Below, piece after piece: positions 46,057-51,103 of a stretch of 51,103 bases of DNA (positions are counted from its first letter, which is position 1; each line of letters begins with the position of its first letter). The stretch is from a virus. Taxonomy: Duplodnaviria; Caudoviricetes. The notes below the pieces were generated by a model. It saw only the letters and a list, made by a program, of their open reading frames with translations, did not search any database and was not told where the DNA came from. The position numbers and the translations under genes were made by a program. The stretch is taken from the IMG/VR virus record IMGVR_UViG_3300007094_000015, positions 1 to 51,103 of that record; one strand, 5' to 3'.

Positions 46057-46172
46057 TTGGCGACGTGTAGCGTGAACCTGAGGCCGTCGGGACTGGAGGA
46101 CCGGCGGCCGACGGCCCGCGCTGCTGGCGTCGTGCTGGCGGATGGCGGAATTCTGGTCCTAGATTCTGGAGG
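46057..46172 (+). ncRNA. Intergenic structured element, copy 3 (diverged, covarying)
   Basis: GTAGCGTG/CGCGCTGC stem, AA/CC, CC/GG, tandem GA, GGCCGTCGG/CCGGCGGCC stem with GACTGGAGGA loop; ends in CTAGATTCTGGAGG. Confidence 0.65.
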
Positions 46173-46180
46173 GTTCGATC

Positions 46181-46486
46181 GTGGTAGCGTACGCAAAATT
46201 GGCACCTGGAGTGCTGGCGGTGTACAGAAGAGCGCTGGCGAAGCGCTATTGGCAGCTGGCGGTACAGTTCAGCGACGCGCCGGATATGGTGACGGGAGCA
46301 GCGCTGGCGGACGCGGCGTTGCCGTTGTTGGCGGAGCTGGTCGCGGCGGGCAGGATGACGCCCGAAGAGCACGCGGACGTGCTGGAGTCGGTGTTGCGCG
46401 CGGTCGCGCACGCGGCCGATGCGGAGTGGGAGTTTGACGACCCGATCTGGCACGAAGTCGTGCTGGCCGGGTGGTTCGCGGTTTAG
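46181..46486 (+). CDS. Early hypothetical protein (helical, acidic)
   Basis: GTG 8 nt after the CTAGATTCTGGAGG box. Confidence 0.65.
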   Translation: MVAYAKLAPGVLAVYRRALAKRYWQLAVQFSDAPDMVTGAALADAALPLLAELVAAGRMTPEEHADVLESVLRAVAHAADAEWEFDDPIWHEVVLAGWFAV

Positions 46487-46517
46487 TTTTTCTGGTACTA
46501 GATTCTGGAGGTGGACA

Positions 46518-46796
46518 ATGGCAGCGAAAGTAAGGTGGCGCGTGTATCGCGCGCCTGAGGGTAGTGGGCTGAGCTACTGCGGCGAATTCGAGGAACTCAC
46601 CGACGCGCACGCGTGCGCGCAGGGTAATCCGTTTGGCCAGCACGAATCGCTATGGGATACGCTCCGTGCGGCTGGGGACGCGTTCCGGTTTCATGCCCCT
46701 CGACCCGATGGCGTCGAGGCCGACGAAGTGGAGGCCTGGTACGGCGAGCACTGCGTGGTCCGCGTGACGTACCGGGAGGACAAGGATGCCCAGTGA
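46518..46796 (+). CDS. Early hypothetical protein
   Basis: ATG 46518 (MAAKVRW...) is 6 nt after the CTAGATTCTGGAGG box. Confidence 0.7.
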   Translation: MAAKVRWRVYRAPEGSGLSYCGEFEELTDAHACAQGNPFGQHESLWDTLRAAGDAFRFHAPRPDGVEADEVEAWYGEHCVVRVTYREDKDAQ

Positions 46797-46989
46797 CGCG
46801 CAAGTGAACGCCTGGATTATTCGCGTCCTCGCGGGGCGCGACGATCCGCATAGGCTGGTGGCTTATCTGTGCTGGCATGAAAAAGCTAGCAAGGAGCAAG
46901 TGTGGCAGCGGTTCGTGCGCGCCGCGCCGAAGACAACCAAGGAGCAATTCGATCGCGTGTGGAAGGACGCGCGGTTGCCGGTGCTGTAG
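46786..46989 (+). CDS. Early hypothetical protein
   Basis: SD GGAGG, overlaps the upstream stop, followed by a terminator. Confidence 0.65.
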   Translation: MPSDAQVNAWIIRVLAGRDDPHRLVAYLCWHEKASKEQVWQRFVRAAPKTTKEQFDRVWKDARLPVL

Positions 46990-46992
46990 ACG

Positions 46993-47034
46993 GGCTCGGG
47001 GCGGGGGTGTATGCTCCCGCCCCGGCCTTTTTTT
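46993..47034 (+). terminator. Rho-independent terminator ending the early operon
   Basis: CGGGGCGGGGGT-GTAT-GCTCCCGCCCCG stem followed by T7. Confidence 0.85.
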
Positions 47035-47057
47035 GTGACTTATTTCAAGGCTAGAAC

Positions 47058-47267
47058 ATGATCCCAACGCTGATAAGACTGACGCCCGAGTGTTACAAGG
47101 TTCTCGTCGCGCTCGCGGACGACCTGGGGCAGCCCGCCGCGCGTGTGGTGGAGGACTGCCTGTGGAACTCGCCACGCTTCCGGGCGTTCGCGGAAAAGCA
47201 CAAAGTGGTCAGACCGCAGCGCAAGCGGCCTGGCCGCCCGCCTAGTGGCGGATCCGAACCGTTGTAG
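47058..47267 (+). CDS. Small ribbon-helix-helix-like DNA-binding protein with AT-hook-like tail
   Basis: TLIRLTPECYKVLVALADDLGQPAARVVEDCL (beta-alpha-alpha), then KRPGRPP. Confidence 0.6.
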   Translation: MIPTLIRLTPECYKVLVALADDLGQPAARVVEDCLWNSPRFRAFAEKHKVVRPQRKRPGRPPSGGSEPL

Positions 47268-47544
47268 ACGCAGGACGCAACAGCCGGAACGGTCGCGCGA
47301 GCGACGCCCGGCAGCGTCCAGCAGCGCACGCGGTGCTGGCCACGCTCGTCGTGGCGACAGCAGCAGCACCGCAGGTAGGCTCCGCCGCAGCCCCGCAGCT
47401 GGGCTCGGCGGTAGCGCACGCGGCTTCGAGGCAGGTCGCGCACGCGGGATTGGCGACACGCGAAAAGAGGTCGACTCTGACCGACGTGGAAGCGCTCGCG
47501 GAACTGGCCAACGCTGCAAAGGCCAGGGTTAGGATCAGACGCAT
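47242..47544 (-). CDS. Secreted Cys-rich small protein
   Basis: Signal peptide MRLILTLAFAALASSASA; CATC, AEPSCG/AEPTCG repeat, CAAGRC, Arg-rich tail. Confidence 0.65.
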   Translation of the reverse strand: MRLILTLAFAALASSASASTSVRVDLFSRVANPACATCLEAACATAEPSCGAAAEPTCGAAAVATTSVASTACAAGRCRASLARPFRLLRPASTTVRIRH

Positions 47545-47553
47545 AGGATCACC

Positions 47554-48447
47554 TCATTTCTGTATCAGGTTTGCTTGGAGGGCGTTTTCTCGGCGCTCCT
47601 CCGACGGACGCGGGGCGGTGCAATCGGACCGACCGATTGCGGTGGTGTACTTGGCAGCCACCATCTGGTCGAACGCGGAGGGCTTGATTAAGGCCCATCC
47701 ATCGCGGCCCCAGGATCGGGACCAGCTGTTCTTAAGTAGAAGGCCGTAGCCTTCTTTCCATGCTTTGACCTGCAGGTATCCACAGATCAGGACGGCGTGG
47801 CCACCACGGCGAGCGGGCTTGTAGGTTTTGATCTCCCAGCCATCAGACAGCGACACGTTCCAGTCGAGGCCGATCTGCACAGCACCTGAGAATGATCCAA
47901 TGAACGCCAGCGCTTCGTCGGCGGAATAGACGCCCACTGACGACCTGCACTGGTACAGAGGGCCAGCCAGGACTCTGTCGCGGTCCTCGCGGTAAGCTGC
48001 GAGCTGCTCGCGGTAGGATGAGCGATAGCCGAAGATGGATTCGTCAGGCAGGCCGCGCTGGGCTGCCCAAGTGCCGCCGTTGAGGGTGGAGCCGTTATCT
48101 GAGCCTAGCAATCCGTCCTTCTCTTGGCTGGAGAGATAGGCAAACGAACGAGACAGCTGCACCTCCTCCCCGGTTCCGATCAGGTGCGCAAACTCGACAG
48201 CGTCAGCCAGCGAGTTGCCTTGGCAAGATCCAATGCGCCCTTGGTCATGGATGTCAAACCAGGAACGCGGATCCACCTCGCGGGGCGGCTCCCAGTCGTA
48301 GTTGCGGTAGGCGCGAACCCACAACTCAGCGCCAGCGCGGAGGCCGGGGGCCATCTCGTCGCGCGGTTCCAGCTCAATCCGATAGCCGGTAAAGAACGGC
48401 GCAAGATCTGGGCTCAAATGGGCTAGTTCGGGCTCGTATCCAGTCAC
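47554..48447 (-). CDS. Papain-family (C1) cysteine peptidase
   Basis: DQGRIGSCQG (oxyanion Gln, catalytic Cys), GGHAV (His), KNSWSRSWGRDG (Asn). GTG 48447 overlaps the upstream stop. Confidence 0.9.
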   Translation of the reverse strand: MTGYEPELAHLSPDLAPFFTGYRIELEPRDEMAPGLRAGAELWVRAYRNYDWEPPREVDPRSWFDIHDQGRIGSCQGNSLADAVEFAHLIGTGEEVQLSRSFAYLSSQEKDGLLGSDNGSTLNGGTWAAQRGLPDESIFGYRSSYREQLAAYREDRDRVLAGPLYQCRSSVGVYSADEALAFIGSFSGAVQIGLDWNVSLSDGWEIKTYKPARRGGHAVLICGYLQVKAWKEGYGLLLKNSWSRSWGRDGWALIKPSAFDQMVAAKYTTAIGRSDCTAPRPSEERRENALQANLIQK

Positions 48448-49148
48448 TCGGCTGCTTTCCCCAGTGCTAGAGAAACCTCCAGATAGATCGACTTGCGCGC
48501 GACGAGGCCGGTGCCATACTTGGCGTTGGCGGCAGCGACCGCAGCGGACACGGGGGGCAGCCACTCGGATCGCCAGCGAGGCGACAGGGAGTCGATCACC
48601 GCGTCTAGCTTGGCCTTAACGTCGGCTGGCAGGCGGCCAGTGTGCAGGTCGTTCGCGGCTTCACTGAATGCCGTTGAGAGTTGGCGACACTCGTCCGCGA
48701 GGGCCAATTTCCGGGCGTTTTCGTACGCTGGAAGCCCCACGCCGTACGAGTTTTGCACGCTGGGGGTAGGGTCTGGAGGCGGAATTGGGGGTCCGGGAGG
48801 CGGTTCTGGAGGCCTCGGAGGCACGATTGGACCGGGTTTTGATGGGTCCACGATCTCCACGAACAGCTGCTGTTGGCTGGCCGGACCGAACACCAAAATC
48901 GCGTAGCGACCCGGCGGGCCAACGAAGACTAGGCCAGACGCCACCGGCTCGATTTCCACCGGGGTGAACCCCTCGCCGAAGATGAAGGCCCGCTCTTCAG
49001 GGGCCAGGCGCACGCGGACCAGACGGTCGCGCTCGACGCGTTGAGGGGCGTCGGCGGCAGAGCAAAAAGCGGCCGGGATGGTGGCCAACGCTAGATTCTG
49101 GAGGAACAGAACGGAGAACAGCCATCCCGGCCGCGTGATAGTATACAT
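48444..49148 (-). CDS. Exported/membrane-anchored protein with Pro-rich linker and helical C-domain
   Basis: Hydrophobic N-terminus, GPPGRY beta domain, PPRPPEPPPGPPIPPPDP linker. Confidence 0.7.
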   Translation of the reverse strand: MYTITRPGWLFSVLFLQNLALATIPAAFCSAADAPQRVERDRLVRVRLAPEERAFIFGEGFTPVEIEPVASGLVFVGPPGRYAILVFGPASQQQLFVEIVDPSKPGPIVPPRPPEPPPGPPIPPPDPTPSVQNSYGVGLPAYENARKLALADECRQLSTAFSEAANDLHTGRLPADVKAKLDAVIDSLSPRWRSEWLPPVSAAVAAANAKYGTGLVARKSIYLEVSLALGKAAE

Positions 49149-49543
49149 CAGGCGGCACCCTTGAGAAGTGCGTCGAGAATTTTCTTGAGGTCGTCGGACT
49201 GGATGGCGTCCCAGAGCAGCTTGATCGCGAGGCGAATGACGATCGCGCTCGCGGGTCCGCCAGCAGGGATGGGCTGGTCGGCCTCCTCCAGGATCTCGCA
49301 GCAGACGCTGGTGACGAGATACGCATCAGACTCGTCGACATACGGGTCGTCGACGTTCCCGAAGACTGGATGCAGCTCTCCGCCTGCGCGACTGACCAGC
49401 CACGCAGATACGGTCAGCAGGCAGGCCAGGAACTCCGAGTCAAAAGTTCGACTCGCAAACTTCGCTGCCAAAAGCTGGAAGCAGCCGATAGGTGGCTCGC
49501 TCGGGACGTGGGCTGCGATCAGGCGGCGTGTCTCTTCGTTCAT
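49148..49543 (-). CDS. Hypothetical protein, first gene of the peptidase cassette (possible holin-like)
   Basis: SD AGGAG before ATG 49543; two moderately hydrophobic/amphipathic helices. Confidence 0.55.
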   Translation of the reverse strand: MNEETRRLIAAHVPSEPPIGCFQLLAAKFASRTFDSEFLACLLTVSAWLVSRAGGELHPVFGNVDDPYVDESDAYLVTSVCCEILEEADQPIPAGGPASAIVIRLAIKLLWDAIQSDDLKKILDALLKGAA

Positions 49544-49895
49544 AGCGGTCAAGCTCCTTCTGTATATCAGAGCTTGATGGGGGGTAGTTGATTTCGTCAA
49601 GCCTTCTATTTGCGGCGACGCACCACGCTCCATCCATGCACTGGTTGTCGAAGAAGGGATCGTGGTACGGAATCGCGGGCAGCTGCTGGGGCTGGCGTTG
49701 TGGCTGGTCGATCCCCACCCAGGCCATCGTGCCGGGAGTCGGCTCGATCAGGATCTGATGCGCCGAAACCAGGACTGGAATTGGCTTGTGACAGTGGGTG
49801 CAATGCGGTATCTGGGAATGATCCAGCCAGCGAAAACAGCTTCCGCACGCAACGCAAGGGGCAACACCGCAACCAGCCGCAACCGTGTAAGTCAT
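49440..49895 (-). CDS. Possible Zn-finger protein
   Basis: CVACGS..RW......HCTHCH; overlaps the origin repeats and the downstream gene, so uncertain. Confidence 0.3.
   Translation of the reverse strand: MTYTVAAGCGVAPCVACGSCFRWLDHSQIPHCTHCHKPIPVLVSAHQILIEPTPGTMAWVGIDQPQRQPQQLPAIPYHDPFFDNQCMDGAWCVAANRRLDEINYPPSSSDIQKELDRYERRDTPPDRSPRPERATYRLLPAFGSEVCESNF
49571..49604 (-). promoter_or_regulatory. Putative late promoter (AGGCTTGACGAAA element) of the peptidase cassette
   Basis: 13-bp identity with 42624-42636; weak -10 candidate (CAAGCT at N18). Confidence 0.55.
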
Positions 49896-50108
49896 TGTTT
49901 ATAAACACCTTATGAGCGCGGTTGCTGGTTGCGGCTGGAGGGCGAACACACACACACAAACGCACCTACCCTAATACCTAAATACAAAACACACCTCTCT
50001 TCTCTCTCTCTCTAAATATCAGCAACCCCGCAACTCTCCTCCTAATGCTCTGATATATAAGGACTTGCGCGGTTGCGGTTTGGTTGCGGTTGCCGCAACC
50101 GCAGCAAC
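49848..50108. repeat. Putative replication origin with GCAAC(C)/GGTTGC iterons
   Basis: More than 10 GCAAC(C) copies in two convergent arrays, each around an AT-rich core, separated by CA and CT dinucleotide runs; just downstream of the primase-helicase. Confidence 0.7.
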
Positions 50109-50111
50109 GGG

Positions 50112-50288
50112 CTATTCCTTGGCTGCGAATAGCTTGCCGTCGATTTCGACCAGCACATAGCCCTGCTCAACGGCTTCCGACGGACCAAGACAGCCACAGT
50201 CGGCGTAATGGTCGGCGTGCTCTGGGCACCAAGGCTCCTCGCAGCACTCGCACAGCGGCAGGTCGTCCGCGAACACGATTGGGATCAA
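50112..50288 (-). CDS. 58-aa Cys/His-rich (Zn-binding) microprotein
   Basis: Hand translation from TTG 50288 (SD GGAG): MIPIVFADDLPLCECCEEPWCPEHADHYADCGCLGPSEAVEQGYVLVEIDGKLFAAKE. Confidence 0.65.
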   Translation of the reverse strand: MIPIVFADDLPLCECCEEPWCPEHADHYADCGCLGPSEAVEQGYVLVEIDGKLFAAKE

Positions 50289-50290
50289 AT

Positions 50291-51103
50291 TCAGAACTCC
50301 ATCTCAGCGGGCGCGTCCTCGTCACCCAAGAATTGCTCCGTAACCCACGCGTGGGGAAGCCAGCAGCACTTTTTCGTGGCCCGGGCCACCTTGGCGTCGC
50401 GACAGAACGCGCCGGGCACGCGCAACAGAATCTGCCGGATAGCAGCACCACTCTCCTGCAGCTTCGACTGCAGGCCACTATGGTGTACTACGAGCCACTC
50501 AACTCCGTCTACGCGTTTCAACGCCAATCCCAGCTGCGACTCCAGCTGGTCGGCATACTGTTGGCTGCCCAATCGCCCGACCTCGTCCAGAATCTGGCTC
50601 GCCGTCATTTGGGCACCGCCGCCACAATGCACTGGCAGGCCTAGAATCTGCTGCACCAGTTCCAGGTGCTGCTCCTGACCTGTCTCCTCACGGCTGCTTT
50701 GCTCCATCACATCGCACAGCAGCTGCAGCCGCACGCGAGCGTCTTCGTGGCTGCCTCCCGAGCTAAGCGCCATCAAGGCCACGGGGGCGGCGAGCCCCTC
50801 GACCAGCCGGTCGGAGCACTCGGTTTCGATCTCGCGGCGGATCTTGGCCGCCACGTCTGCGGCTTGAATAGCGTACGCTGCCGCAACCGCCATGAGCCCG
50901 CGCCGCAGCTGCGTGCGGACCTCTTGGCTGGGCGACTTCCAGGCGCGCCAGCGTTCCTCGTCTGGCCGGACCAGCTCAAACGGGATGAAGCGATTGGCGT
51001 CCATCTGGCTGTCCAGCCCAACGTGAACCCCAACCAGCCACACGCACGCGCGCAGGCCGAACTCGACCGAACGGTGCGACGTGCTGCCCATCGTGATCGT
51101 GTC
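50291..51103 (-). CDS. C-terminal part of the primase-helicase (5' truncated by the right end)
   Basis: Frame open to the window end; MGSTSH...F.LR...L...D.NRF resembles the sensor/Arg-finger end of phage AAA+ helicase domains; complements the gene broken at position 1. Confidence 0.65.
   Translation of the reverse strand, partial: DTITMGSTSHRSVEFGLRACVWLVGVHVGLDSQMDANRFIPFELVRPDEERWRAWKSPSQEVRTQLRRGLMAVAAAYAIQAADVAAKIRREIETECSDRLVEGLAAPVALMALSSGGSHEDARVRLQLLCDVMEQSSREETGQEQHLELVQQILGLPVHCGGGAQMTASQILDEVGRLGSQQYADQLESQLGLALKRVDGVEWLVVHHSGLQSKLQESGAAIRQILLRVPGAFCRDAKVARATKKCCWLPHAWVTEQFLGDEDAPAEMEF

Noticed and set aside
44384-46172. Intergenic hairpins as integron attC sites
   Set aside because: No RYYYAAC/GTTRRRY boxes, and the only recombinase looks like a tRNA-targeting phage integrase with no IntI-type features that I can see.
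43817-46511. Repeats as a CRISPR array
   Set aside because: The repeats are separated by whole genes, not 30-40 nt spacers, and no cas genes are present.
49606-49965. 119-aa minus-strand ORF
   Set aside because: It starts within the CA repeat/origin, has no SD and has low-information composition.
51090-51103. Exact circular join of the two ends
   Set aside because: The join shifts frame (stop within 6 codons upstream) and no terminal overlap is visible.

Overview
Nearly complete genome (~51 kb, high GC) of a temperate, podovirus-like tailed phage in excised form. The integrase family, csrA and small Cys-rich proteins suggest a Planctomycetota host (inference). Both contig ends fall inside one primase-helicase gene, with a short central piece missing. 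Layout: (i) 1-8.8 kb, minus strand: xis, tyrosine integrase with a tRNA-3'-end-like attP inside its 3' end, csrA, DEDD exonuclease, RecT-like recombinase, SSB-like protein, RecD2-like helicase, ERCC4 nuclease and TOPRIM primase-helicase. (ii) 8.8-42.6 kb, minus strand: one long virion operon with nozzle, Cys-rich protein plus three CxxC proteins, ejection proteins including a 3258-aa modular giant, terminase, LamG/fibre genes, portal, scaffold, capsid, adaptor and beta-helix tailspike. (iii) 43.7-47.0 kb, plus strand: an early/host-takeover operon. (iv) 47.2-49.6 kb: a papain-family peptidase cassette, the candidate lysis module. (v) ~49.9-50.1 kb: an iteron-like origin. The most striking unexplained signal is in the early operon. 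Three intergenic copies of a covarying hairpin (P1 - AA/CC loop - CC/GG - tandem G.A - variable P2) are present, and a CTAGATTCTGGAG(G) box overlaps the Shine-Dalgarno of five early genes. Related boxes precede xis and the primase, and one exact copy lies antisense in a late gene, in a phage encoding its own GGA-binding CsrA. A shared 13-bp promoter element precedes both the virion operon and the peptidase cassette at the same distance. All product calls are from motif recognition by eye; no database searches were run.
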